A stretch of 64,000 nt of DNA from Candidatus Latescibacterota bacterium (lineage in GTDB: Bacteria; Latescibacterota; UBA2968; UBA8231): the NCBI GenBank assembly GCA_963422735.1, contig OY730476.1, positions 3,360,001 through 3,424,000 on the forward strand. Reading direction: 5' to 3'. This document shows, piece after piece, positions 9,228 through 18,417 of the stretch. A program made the translations under genes and the position numbers. Within the stretch, counting starts at the first letter, position 1. Each line of letters starts with the position of its first letter. The notes below the pieces were generated by a model, which made no database searches, was not told the DNA's origin, and was given only the letters and a program-made list of their open reading frames with translations.

Positions 9228-11417
9228 ATGGTCAAAACCACTCCCACGCCTCTTCCAGCCCTCCCGAATACCTACCTGGACGAGCTCGTTGAGCAGGGGG
9301 GCGACGAACTGCGGCTGTCAATGCTGCTGATCGAGGTCTCCTCCTGCAACGACCAAGCCGATTTCGCGCTGATCAACCGCGCCTACCACTTTGCCAAGGA
9401 GCATCACAGGGGCCAGATCCGCAAGTCCGGCGAGCCGTTCCTAGCCCACTGCGTCGAAGTAGCCCGGCTCCTCGCCCAGTTGGGCTTGGATCACACCACG
9501 GTTGCTGCCGGGCTTTTACACGACGTCATCGAAGATACACCGGCCACGTATGCAGAGGTCGCCGAACAATTTGGCGACAAGATCGCGGAACTGATCGCCG
9601 GGGTTACCAAAATTGATCAGATAACCTACGAAAGCCGCGAGGCGCGCCAAGCCGAGACCTACCGCAAGATGCTGCTCTCCATGGTCAAGGACATCCGCGT
9701 CATGCTCATCAAGCTGGCCGACCGCCTGCACAACATGCGTACGCTGCAATACCTAAGTCCCGAATCCCGTGAGCGGACCGCGAGCGAAACGCTCGAAGTG
9801 TACGCGCCGTTGGCCCATCGCTTTGGATTGGCGCGGATCCGCTGGCAACTGGAGGACCAAAGCCTCAAGTTCCTCGAACCCGAAATGTACCAAGAGCTGC
9901 GCGAAAACGTGGCCATGACGCGCCGAGAGCGCGAAGACTATATAAAGGAATTTAAGGTCCCGATTGAAGAGAGCCTGCACACCAATGGCATTAAAGCCGA
10001 GTTTACGAGCCGCGCCAAGAACTTCTACAGCATCTACAACAAAATGAAGGCGCGGGGTAAACCCTTTGAGGAAATTTACGACCTGCTAGCTGTGCGCATC
10101 ATCACCGGCACCGTGCGCGAATGCTATCAAATTCTCGGCTGGGTCCACCACATTTACACCCCCATCCCCGGGCGCATCAAAGACTATATATCGACTCCCA
10201 AGAGCAACATGTATCAGTCGCTGCACACCTCGGTGATCGGCCCTAAAGGCCAATACGTCGAAGTGCAAATCCGTACCGCGCAGATGCACCACACGGCCGA
10301 AATCGGCATCGCCGCCCACTGGCGCTACAAATCCAATGACACGGGTCCTAGCGATTTAAACCAACACATGAGTTGGTTGCACCAGGTCATCGACTGGCAA
10401 CAAGAGGCCACCGATCCGGTCGAGTTCATGGAAAACCTGAAGACCGAGCTGGCGTCTCAGGACGAGATTTTTGCTTTCACCCCCAAAGGCGACCTACACC
10501 AGTTGCCCAAGGGAGCCACGCCGATCGACTTTGCCTTTGCCATCCACACCGACATCGGGCTGCACTGCGCGACGGCCAAAGTAAACGACCAAGTTGTGCC
10601 GCTGAGCGCGGCTTTGAGCAGCGGGGAAACCGTGGAGATCGTCACGGTGTCGCAGCAAAAGCCCAAACTCGCTTGGCTGGACCAAGTCAAGACTGCCAAG
10701 GCCCGCCAAGCCATCCGTCGCTGGCTGCGGGAGGAGCAATACGACCACAACGTGCGCCTCGGCAAGGAGGCACTCGACAGGGGGTTGAAGCCCTATCGGG
10801 CCGACGACCCACCCGATCTCGATACAGTGGCGGAGGAATTCGGGTTCAGCGACGCCGAGCACCTCTACGCGGCCCTAGGCAACGGCGACCTGTCAATCGG
10901 CAAGGTCATCGGCAAAATAGCCCCGACCGAGCCCGAGCGGTGCGCGCTCCGGCCCCAAGACCGCAGGGACATCCGCATCCAAGGCCTGCAAAACCTGATG
11001 GTCCGCTTCGGCAAGTGCTGTGGTCCCATCCCGGGCGACGAGATTGTCGGCCTAGTCACTCGAGGCCGCGGCGTCACGGTCCACCGCACCGACTGCCCCA
11101 ACATCGGCTGGATTTCCGCAGAGCCAGACCGCCTGCTCGCGGTCGAGTGGGAGCTGGAGGACGAACCGGCCTTTACCGTTCAGCTACGCACCCGCAGTTG
11201 GGACCGCACGTACTTGCTCGCGGACATCGCGCGATCGATCAGCGACGCCGGCTCCAACATCCGCGACTCCACTACCCGCACCGATGGCCACATCGCCGAA
11301 CAGGACTTCTGGATCGACGTCGCCGATAGCGAGCAACTGCGCCAGACCATAGACCAAATCGAGCATATCGAGGGCGTTTTGGAAGTGCTGCGCGTGGATG
11401 AGCCTGCAAACAGTTAA
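9228..11417 (+). CDS. relA: Bifunctional (p)ppGpp synthetase/hydrolase RelA/SpoT
   Basis: LLHDVIED HD domain, KLADRLHNMRTL, YQSLHT, TGS, ZFD and ACT domains. Confidence 0.95.
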   Translation: MVKTTPTPLPALPNTYLDELVEQGGDELRLSMLLIEVSSCNDQADFALINRAYHFAKEHHRGQIRKSGEPFLAHCVEVARLLAQLGLDHTTVAAGLLHDVIEDTPATYAEVAEQFGDKIAELIAGVTKIDQITYESREARQAETYRKMLLSMVKDIRVMLIKLADRLHNMRTLQYLSPESRERTASETLEVYAPLAHRFGLARIRWQLEDQSLKFLEPEMYQELRENVAMTRREREDYIKEFKVPIEESLHTNGIKAEFTSRAKNFYSIYNKMKARGKPFEEIYDLLAVRIITGTVRECYQILGWVHHIYTPIPGRIKDYISTPKSNMYQSLHTSVIGPKGQYVEVQIRTAQMHHTAEIGIAAHWRYKSNDTGPSDLNQHMSWLHQVIDWQQEATDPVEFMENLKTELASQDEIFAFTPKGDLHQLPKGATPIDFAFAIHTDIGLHCATAKVNDQVVPLSAALSSGETVEIVTVSQQKPKLAWLDQVKTAKARQAIRRWLREEQYDHNVRLGKEALDRGLKPYRADDPPDLDTVAEEFGFSDAEHLYAALGNGDLSIGKVIGKIAPTEPERCALRPQDRRDIRIQGLQNLMVRFGKCCGPIPGDEIVGLVTRGRGVTVHRTDCPNIGWISAEPDRLLAVEWELEDEPAFTVQLRTRSWDRTYLLADIARSISDAGSNIRDSTTRTDGHIAEQDFWIDVADSEQLRQTIDQIEHIEGVLEVLRVDEPANS

Positions 11418-11419
11418 TC

Positions 11420-12484
11420 ATGTCGGACCTGTTCCGCCCCAATATCGCCCGCCTGCGCGGGTACGTCCCCGGGGAACAGCCCCGCGAAAAGGGCTATATC
11501 AAGCTCAATACCAACGAAAACCCCTATCCGCCCTCCCCCTTAGTGCTAACGCGGCTGCGCGATGCCTGCGCGGCTGACCTGCGCCTCTATCCCGACCCGG
11601 ACGCTTGGGCCCTGCGCCGCAAGTTGGGCGAGGTATTCGCCATTGCCCCCCAACAGATTATGGCCGGCAACGGCTCGGACGAGTTGCTCAACGTCGTCAT
11701 CCGCAGCTTCGCCGGCGAGGGCGACAAGATCGCCTATCCTCATCCCACGTACGGCTACTACAAGCCGCTGATCGACATTCAGGGAGCTGAGGCAGTCCCG
11801 GTCGAGTTCGGCGAAGACTTCGCCCTGCCCGATGGTCTAGCGGTGCCCGGTGCCCGCATCACCTTTCTCGCCAATCCCAATGCTCCCTCGGGTACCCTCG
11901 TGCCCTACGACGAGATCGCCGCGCTCTGTGCGCGAGTTGACGGCGTCTTGGTCGTGGATGAAGCGTATGTCGATTTTTCTCAGGGCGGCTGCATTCAGCT
12001 CATTGAGGAACACCCCAACGCCATCGTCGTGCGCACCATGTCCAAGTCCTTTTCCCTCGCCGGCATGCGCATTGGCTTTGCCTTTGCTCCGGCCGCGCTG
12101 CTCGAGGGGATGTGGAAGGTCAAGGACCACTACAATCTCAATCGGCTGAGTTTGGTGGCCGCCGAGGCCGCTCTAGAAGATATCGACGCAATGCGCGCAA
12201 ACGCCGCCCGCGTCTGCGCGACGCGCCCGCGCCTGTGTGCTGGGCTGCGGACGTTGGGTTTTTACGTGTGGGATTCACAGGCGAATTTCGTGCTTGCCAA
12301 GCTCGGTGAACGCTGGGCCAATTGCGCCGCTGCCGAACTCTACGCACAGCTCAAGGAACGCCGGATATTGGTGCGCTATTTTGCCGCGCCGCCGCGCTTG
12401 GCCGACTGCCTGCGCATCTCGGTGGGCACGGATGCAGAGATCGCTGCGTTGCTGGCGGCCCTAAAAGAGCTATCACCCATTTAA
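11420..12484 (+). CDS. hisC: Histidinol-phosphate aminotransferase
   Basis: KLNTNENPY, GNGSDE, DEAY, RTMSKSFSLAGMRIG. Confidence 0.95.
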   Translation: MSDLFRPNIARLRGYVPGEQPREKGYIKLNTNENPYPPSPLVLTRLRDACAADLRLYPDPDAWALRRKLGEVFAIAPQQIMAGNGSDELLNVVIRSFAGEGDKIAYPHPTYGYYKPLIDIQGAEAVPVEFGEDFALPDGLAVPGARITFLANPNAPSGTLVPYDEIAALCARVDGVLVVDEAYVDFSQGGCIQLIEEHPNAIVVRTMSKSFSLAGMRIGFAFAPAALLEGMWKVKDHYNLNRLSLVAAEAALEDIDAMRANAARVCATRPRLCAGLRTLGFYVWDSQANFVLAKLGERWANCAAAELYAQLKERRILVRYFAAPPRLADCLRISVGTDAEIAALLAALKELSPI

Positions 12485-13441
12485 GCGCTCGGCAATGCGC
12501 GGGGTGCGCCCGCCGCGCTGGTGCATGCTGGCGATCATGTCTCCTAAAAAGCCGATGGAGAAGCACTGAATGCCGACGATGATCAGCAGGATGCCCAGCA
12601 TGAGCAGGGGATAGCGATTTTGAATGTTGCCGTGCTCGTAGCGCAACAAGGCCACATAGGCGCAGATGACCGATCCGCAAAGCGTGGAGCCAAGCCCCAA
12701 GCTGCCGAAGATGTGCATGGGCGTGGTCATAAAGCGCACGACAAAGGTCACGGTCAGCAGGTCTAAAAATCCGTTTAGCAACCGCTTGGCCCCGAATTTG
12801 GAATGGCCGAAGCGGCGGGGATGGTGCTGCACCGGGATCTCGCCGACTCGATAGCCCATCCAGTGGGCAACGGCGGGCAAAAACCGATACAATTCCCCGT
12901 AGAGGTAAGGCAGTGCATCTTCGGCCACCTCGCGCCGATACGCCTTGAGGCCGCAGTTGAAATCGCGCAGGCGGACCCCGGAGACCAGCGAGGTAGTCCG
13001 GTTGAACAAGCGGGAGGGAAGGGTCTTGCTCAAAGGGTCGCGGCGCTTCGCCTTCCAGCCCGAAACCAAGTCGTAATCGCGGTTTAGCTCGGCCAGCAGC
13101 CGGGGGATTTCGCAGGGGTCGTCTTGCAGGTCGGCATCCATGGTGACGATGACTTGGCCGCGCGACTGCTTGAAGCCGGCCGCGAGGGCTGCGGCCTTGC
13201 GGTAGTTGCGGCGGAAGCGCAAGGCGCACACCTGTGGATGCTGTTTAGCCAACGCTCCCAAGACTGCAAACGAGGCATCCGTGCTCCCGTCGTCCACGAA
13301 AATGGCCTCCCAAGCCCATTCAGCATCCGCGAGGGCGCTATCGATCTGGACCCACAGATGGGTCAGGCTTTCCTCTTCGTTAAAAACGGGAATGACGAGG
13401 GAGAGAAAAATCTCCCCTTCCGCTTCTTTTTCTTGGCCCAT
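12473..13441 (-). CDS. Glycosyltransferase family 2 (ArnC/DPM1-like)
   Basis: VIPVFNEE, VDDGSTD, TMDADLQDDP, two C-terminal TMs. Confidence 0.9.
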   Translation of the reverse strand: MGQEKEAEGEIFLSLVIPVFNEEESLTHLWVQIDSALADAEWAWEAIFVDDGSTDASFAVLGALAKQHPQVCALRFRRNYRKAAALAAGFKQSRGQVIVTMDADLQDDPCEIPRLLAELNRDYDLVSGWKAKRRDPLSKTLPSRLFNRTTSLVSGVRLRDFNCGLKAYRREVAEDALPYLYGELYRFLPAVAHWMGYRVGEIPVQHHPRRFGHSKFGAKRLLNGFLDLLTVTFVVRFMTTPMHIFGSLGLGSTLCGSVICAYVALLRYEHGNIQNRYPLLMLGILLIIVGIQCFSIGFLGDMIASMHQRGGRTPRIAERLNG

Positions 13442-13551
13442 TATTTCCTCTCTTGCAAGCAAGTGCCCCACAATAAAACAATCGCCGATTGTCGCGCACA
13501 AACCGGCCCGATTCCCTTGACACCTGCATCTTCCCAATGGTATATACGGAC

Positions 13552-14979
13552 ATGCAGCTTCCCTTGGGTTCCCACATTCATTTGATTGCCGCTTGCGGCA
13601 CAGCCATGGGGTCTTTGGCCGGCATGCTGCGCGAGCGGGGGTATCGCGTCACCGGGTCGGATAGCCGCGTCTATCCTCCGATGAGCACCATGCTCTCGGA
13701 TTGGGGGATCGACTTGCGGGCCGGCTTCTCGGCGGACCACCTAGTGCCGGTGCCGGATTTGGTCGTAATTGGCAACGCGGTCTCGCGTGGTAACCCAGAG
13801 GCCGAGGCCGTACTCTCGCGCCGGATTCCGTACCTGTCGCTACCGGAAGTGGTGCGCGATTTCTTTATCCGCGGCAAGTGCTCGGTGGTGGTAACCGGAA
13901 CCCACGGCAAGACCACCACTACCGCGCTCATCGCCCACCTCTTCACCGCCTGCGACCTAGACCCTTCCTTTCTAGTTGCCGGGGTGCCGCAAAACTTTGA
14001 CCGTTCCTATCGGCTCGGTCAAGGCGCGTACTTCATCGTCGAAGGCGACGAATACGACAGCGCCTTCTTTGCCAAGTGGGCGAAGTTTTTCTACTACTTG
14101 CCCGATGTACTAATCGTCAACAACATCGAATACGACCACGCCGACATTTACCAAGACCTTGCCGAAATCGTCAAAACCTTCCGCCAACTCGTCAACATGG
14201 TGCCGCAAAACGGCCTGATTCTAGCCAACGCTACCGACCCCAATATCGCCGAACTCCTTCCCGACGCGCCGGCACCGGTGGAGACCTTTGGCCTTGAAGA
14301 GGGAGCATTTTGGCGCGCCACCAACCTCCAAGCCAGTGCCGAGGGTACGCGCTTCACCTTGTGCCGGGCGGGGCGAGAAGTGGGGATTTTCGACCTGTCG
14401 CTGAGCGGCGATTACAACGTCTGCAATGCGCTCGCCAGCTTGGCCGCTGGTTTCCACGCTGGCCTGACTGCCGGCGACCTGCGCGCGGCCCTGGCCAGCT
14501 TTGCCGGCGTCAAGCGCCGGCAGGAGCAGATTGGCCTCATCGACGACATTCTCCTCATCGACGACTTCGCCCACCATCCTACTGCGGTCGCCTACACCCT
14601 AGCAGGCCTGCGTCGATCCCATCCCGGACGCAGGCTCGTCGCGGTTTTCGAGCCGGCCAGCGCGACCAACGCCCGTGCTATCTTTGAGGGCCGCTATGTC
14701 GAGGCATTCGCCTTGGCCGACGCTTTCGTTGCAACCGCGGTCCCCCGTCCCGAACGCGCCCGGGACGACAAGCCTTTCTCGCCCGAGCGCTTGGTGGAGC
14801 GTCTCCGCGCCACCGGCAAGGCGGCGCACTACCTGCCCGTCGCCGAATCTATGGCCGCTTTTCTAGCCGCGGAAGCCCGCCCGGGCGATTTGGTGGTTTT
14901 TATGAGCAATGGAGGTTTCGGCGGCCTGCAACAGAAGCTGTGCGCGACACTCGCGGGGCGTACACACTGTATCGACTAG
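13552..14979 (+). CDS. mpl: UDP-MurNAc:tripeptide ligase (murein peptide ligase)
   Basis: CGTAMGSLA, GTHGKTTT, EGDEYDSAFF, DDFAHHPTA, MSNGGFGG; start uncertain (13537 or 13552). Confidence 0.88.
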   Translation: MQLPLGSHIHLIAACGTAMGSLAGMLRERGYRVTGSDSRVYPPMSTMLSDWGIDLRAGFSADHLVPVPDLVVIGNAVSRGNPEAEAVLSRRIPYLSLPEVVRDFFIRGKCSVVVTGTHGKTTTTALIAHLFTACDLDPSFLVAGVPQNFDRSYRLGQGAYFIVEGDEYDSAFFAKWAKFFYYLPDVLIVNNIEYDHADIYQDLAEIVKTFRQLVNMVPQNGLILANATDPNIAELLPDAPAPVETFGLEEGAFWRATNLQASAEGTRFTLCRAGREVGIFDLSLSGDYNVCNALASLAAGFHAGLTAGDLRAALASFAGVKRRQEQIGLIDDILLIDDFAHHPTAVAYTLAGLRRSHPGRRLVAVFEPASATNARAIFEGRYVEAFALADAFVATAVPRPERARDDKPFSPERLVERLRATGKAAHYLPVAESMAAFLAAEARPGDLVVFMSNGGFGGLQQKLCATLAGRTHCID

Positions 14980-15083
14980 GTGTCAGAACTGTTGCCGGAC
15001 CGACGCGCTGAGCGCGGAGAAGACGCGGAGTGTGAATTATATATGTATATATTTTTTAACATGTTATAAAAAGTAAAACCCCA

Positions 15084-15099
15084 AGGTACGCATATTGCA
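15084..15099 (+). promoter_or_regulatory. Putative sigma54 (-24/-12) promoter
   Basis: AGGTACG-CATA-TTGCA preceded by an AT-rich tract, upstream of the LTD gene. Confidence 0.45.
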
Positions 15100-15144
15100 T
15101 TAAACGCATGGCAATTGCCATCTCACCCCAACCTGGAGGCTGCC

Positions 15145-15819
15145 ATGCGCCCTTTTATCGCCCTTATCTTTTTCGCTCTCGTCGCACCCCTTGCGGCCCA
15201 ACCCGGCCCGGTCGTCATCTCCGAGCTGATGTGGTCGGGCAGTACGGCATCTACGGCCGACGAGTGGATCGAACTCTACAACTCTAGCGACGCAGCGGTT
15301 GATCTAGCCGGCTGGACCCTGACCTATCGCAGCGGCAGCGAGGACAAGGCGATGTTCGTCCTCGACGCCGCTGCGATTCCCGCCGGACAGACCTTTCTCA
15401 TCGCCAACTACGCCGCCGATCACAAAAATTCCCTCCTCGCCGTCCAACCTCAGCTCGTTGACGCCGCCGTTTCGCTGCCCAACACCAAGCTGCTCTTACA
15501 GCTTTACGATGGCGACCCGCAAGCTGGGGGCCAACTCATCGACGTGGCCGACGATGGCCGCGGGGCCCCTTTCGCCGGTGATGCGGCCAACAAAAGTGCC
15601 ATGGTGCGGATTGCCTTTGACCAGCCCGGCGACCAGTCCGAAAGCTGGACGACGGCAACTGAACAAAGCGGCTGGGATGCGGGTGCCAGCGAGTTGGGCA
15701 CGCCGGGCTCCATTCCCGCGTACCTGCTCCAAGACGGAGACGAAGCACCCGACCGCGTCATGGGAACGAACATTTTACCGATGCCTTGGGCTTTAGTAAA
15801 AGAGCATCTATATCCATAG
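15145..15819 (+). CDS. Secreted lamin-tail-domain (LTD) protein
   Basis: GGAGG RBS; signal peptide; VVISELMW...DEWIELYN...VDLAGWTL...GTPG. Confidence 0.85.
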   Translation: MRPFIALIFFALVAPLAAQPGPVVISELMWSGSTASTADEWIELYNSSDAAVDLAGWTLTYRSGSEDKAMFVLDAAAIPAGQTFLIANYAADHKNSLLAVQPQLVDAAVSLPNTKLLLQLYDGDPQAGGQLIDVADDGRGAPFAGDAANKSAMVRIAFDQPGDQSESWTTATEQSGWDAGASELGTPGSIPAYLLQDGDEAPDRVMGTNILPMPWALVKEHLYP

Positions 15820-15834
15820 CGAGGATTGCAGAAC

Positions 15835-15868
15835 AAAAGGCACTTACTTGTAGGTAGGTGCCTTTTTG
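15835..15868 (+). terminator. Intrinsic terminator
   Basis: AAAAGGCACTTAC-TTGTAG-GTAGGTGCCTTTTT hairpin with T tract. Confidence 0.7.
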
Positions 15869-15925
15869 TTGTCTAAAAGAAAAAGGCCGTGGAAGCTGAG
15901 ATGCGCTTCGCACGGCCCTCGCCGA

Positions 15926-16002
15926 TGGTGGGCAATCGCAGATTTGAACTGCGGACCTCCGGTATGTGAGACCGGCGCTCTAACCAACTGAGCTAATCGC
16001 CC
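15926..16002 (-). tRNA. tRNA-Val(CAC)
   Basis: GGGCGATTAGCTCAGTTGGTTAGAGCG-CCGGT-CTCACAT-ACCGG...GTTCAAATC...CCCACCA, 77 nt cloverleaf. Confidence 0.95.
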
Positions 16003-16039
16003 AAAGCATTTTCTAAGTTAGCCTCCAACGGGTACTGAG

Positions 16040-18232
16040 TCAATGTCCGTTGTGCCCAGCGGCAAAGCGAAATTTTGGCAGGGCTACTTCAGTTGCCGAC
16101 TGGTGGCCCTCGCGCAGGCGGTACGCTCGGTCGAGCTTCAGTCCCTGCCAGCGCTGAGTCTGATGGGTTGCCGGCCAGGTGATTTCCACAAACTCCAATG
16201 CCACAGCGACCCCCAGCCCGAGTTGCGGCGCGAGTGGATTAGCCCCAAAGCTGCCGCCTGAGCCGATGAGGTGGTGGATGTCGCGGGTGCTTCCGTCCGG
16301 TCCCCGTACGCGTACGCGTACGCGGCCGCCAATAGCACCTCGATTCGACTGCAAGCCTTGGGGAAACAATCGCAGCCAGCGATTGCCGTGCCCGGGATTT
16401 TCGTAGAGTACGTTCTGGTAGAGGTCGCCTTCAAAGGCACCGCCCATGACCTCGAAGATGTCTTGGTCTCCATCGTTGTCGAGGTCGGCAAAGGACACGC
16501 CGTGTCCTTTCTGCACGTTGCCGAAGCCGCCGGCCGTGGTGACGTCCCAAAACCGCGCACCACCGTCGTTGCGCAGCATGCGGTTGGGCGTGAGCGAGCG
16601 CAGATCGGGAATCCCGGTACCTACGTAGCAGTCGGGGAACCCATCGTTGTCCAAGTCGCCGTAGTTAGCGCCCATGGCTAGGATGACTTGCCTAAAGCCC
16701 CCCAGCGATTCGGTGACTTCGGTGAAGGTGCCATCTCCGTCGTTGTGGTACACGTGTGCGTGGTCGGCGGCAAATTCTTCGCCGAGGTACGTGCGCGCCA
16801 TGTCGCCGAGGTCGTCCATGTTGTAGCCGCCGGCAAACAAATCGAGCCAGCCGTCGTTGTCGTAGTCCCAAAACCAAGTGGGAAAGCTCTCGGTCGGCCC
16901 TGGCGCGACGACTCTCGCCGCAAAGCGCCAGCCCTCTGGTGTGTCGCCGAGGTTGCGGTAGAGGACGTTTTCTCGATAGAACTGGGATACGTATAGGTCG
17001 ATCAAACCATCGTTGTCTATATCGCCCCAAGCAACCCCTTTCACAAAGCCCACGTGATCGACGCCGACTGTGGGGGCCACATCGACAAAACGGCCGTCCC
17101 CTTGGTTGCGAAACAACTGGCATGGGTGGGGCCTCCTGCCGGATTCGTTGCCGACGAACAGGTCCAACCAGCCGTCGTTGTCGTAGTCGGCAAAGGCCGC
17201 TGAGTGGGTTGGGTGCAAGGTGAACAAGCCGGCGCGTCGTGTCACGTCTGCAAATGTGCCGTCGCCGTTGTTGCGCAACAGGGAGTTGGGCATGCGGCCC
17301 TCTTCCCCCATCCAAGCACCGCGCAAAACGAGCAGATCGACATCGCCGTCGTTGTCGTAGTCGGCCTGCTCGAGGTTGATTCCCCCGATTTGCCCGGCTA
17401 GTCCGGCCGCTGTCGTGGCCTCGATAAAAGTGCCGTCGCCCTCGTTGTGAAAATAGCGCAGGGGATCGCGCAGTCCCCACGAGGAGACTGCAATATCTAG
17501 CAGACCATCGCCGTCGAAATCCTCGACCGCGCTGCCGCCCGCTAGGCCCATGGCTGCGACTCCAGCCGTCGGTGCTACGTCGTGGAAGCGTTGGATGCCG
17601 CCGTCGCCGTCGAATACGCGCGGGGGAATGCGATAGAGGTCTGGCACCCCTTCCGGGTATTCGCCCAAGGTCATGTACGCCAAGTTCAACAGCCAGCGCG
17701 TTCCCAGATCGCTTGGGCGCTTGTTCAGGTTTATGGTATAGTGCTCGATGGCGCGGCGGGAGCCTTCCTGCAAGCGGTGGATGCCGTCGCCGCGGATCGG
17801 CAGCAAGCAGGAATTCGCGGTGTGGTTGCGCAGACAATTCTCCTGCTCTCCGAGGCGCAGATAGGCGATGGCGAGCTGGTCGTGCAGCATATAGACGAAG
17901 CCCTCGGTCGCCGGTACCTGCCCCGCCTCTACGGCCGCTAGAATGCTTTGCATCTCTTCAATGCCCGTGCGCAAATCCCCGGCTCGCACCCGCTCTTGGG
18001 CAATCCGCAGGCGCATGTTCAGCCGCTTGCCCACGCTCATCGGTTGCCCTAGCAGGGAGCTAAAGCCCTCGACGCGGGCTTGGTTCAGGTAGATGTTGGC
18101 AATGGGATCGGCCCGCTGGGCGAGGCGCGCCAGCACCGTCGCCATAAAACGCGAATCCCCGCGATCGACGCTGGCGTCCACCTGCCCCAAGACGGCTGTG
18201 GCCCATAGCAGGACGGCTATAATGCTCTGCAT
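16040..18232 (-). CDS. CRTAC1-family protein (FG-GAP/VCBS repeats + ASPIC/UnbV)
   Basis: Repeated DYDNDGxxDL and NxGDGTF motifs; SNRGAIGGRV...GLG C-terminus. Confidence 0.9.
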   Translation of the reverse strand: MQSIIAVLLWATAVLGQVDASVDRGDSRFMATVLARLAQRADPIANIYLNQARVEGFSSLLGQPMSVGKRLNMRLRIAQERVRAGDLRTGIEEMQSILAAVEAGQVPATEGFVYMLHDQLAIAYLRLGEQENCLRNHTANSCLLPIRGDGIHRLQEGSRRAIEHYTINLNKRPSDLGTRWLLNLAYMTLGEYPEGVPDLYRIPPRVFDGDGGIQRFHDVAPTAGVAAMGLAGGSAVEDFDGDGLLDIAVSSWGLRDPLRYFHNEGDGTFIEATTAAGLAGQIGGINLEQADYDNDGDVDLLVLRGAWMGEEGRMPNSLLRNNGDGTFADVTRRAGLFTLHPTHSAAFADYDNDGWLDLFVGNESGRRPHPCQLFRNQGDGRFVDVAPTVGVDHVGFVKGVAWGDIDNDGLIDLYVSQFYRENVLYRNLGDTPEGWRFAARVVAPGPTESFPTWFWDYDNDGWLDLFAGGYNMDDLGDMARTYLGEEFAADHAHVYHNDGDGTFTEVTESLGGFRQVILAMGANYGDLDNDGFPDCYVGTGIPDLRSLTPNRMLRNDGGARFWDVTTAGGFGNVQKGHGVSFADLDNDGDQDIFEVMGGAFEGDLYQNVLYENPGHGNRWLRLFPQGLQSNRGAIGGRVRVRVRGPDGSTRDIHHLIGSGGSFGANPLAPQLGLGVAVALEFVEITWPATHQTQRWQGLKLDRAYRLREGHQSATEVALPKFRFAAGHNGH

Positions 18233-18300
18233 AAGTAATAAAAAACGGCTACAAAAATTGGCTGCCCCAATCCTCGTAACCGCTCATGTCGCAAAAGTAA

Positions 18301-18377
<77 letters not shown>

Positions 18378-18417
18378 ATTAAGGTTAGCTAAAAACCTAG
18401 GATTTTTCCTAAGTAGG

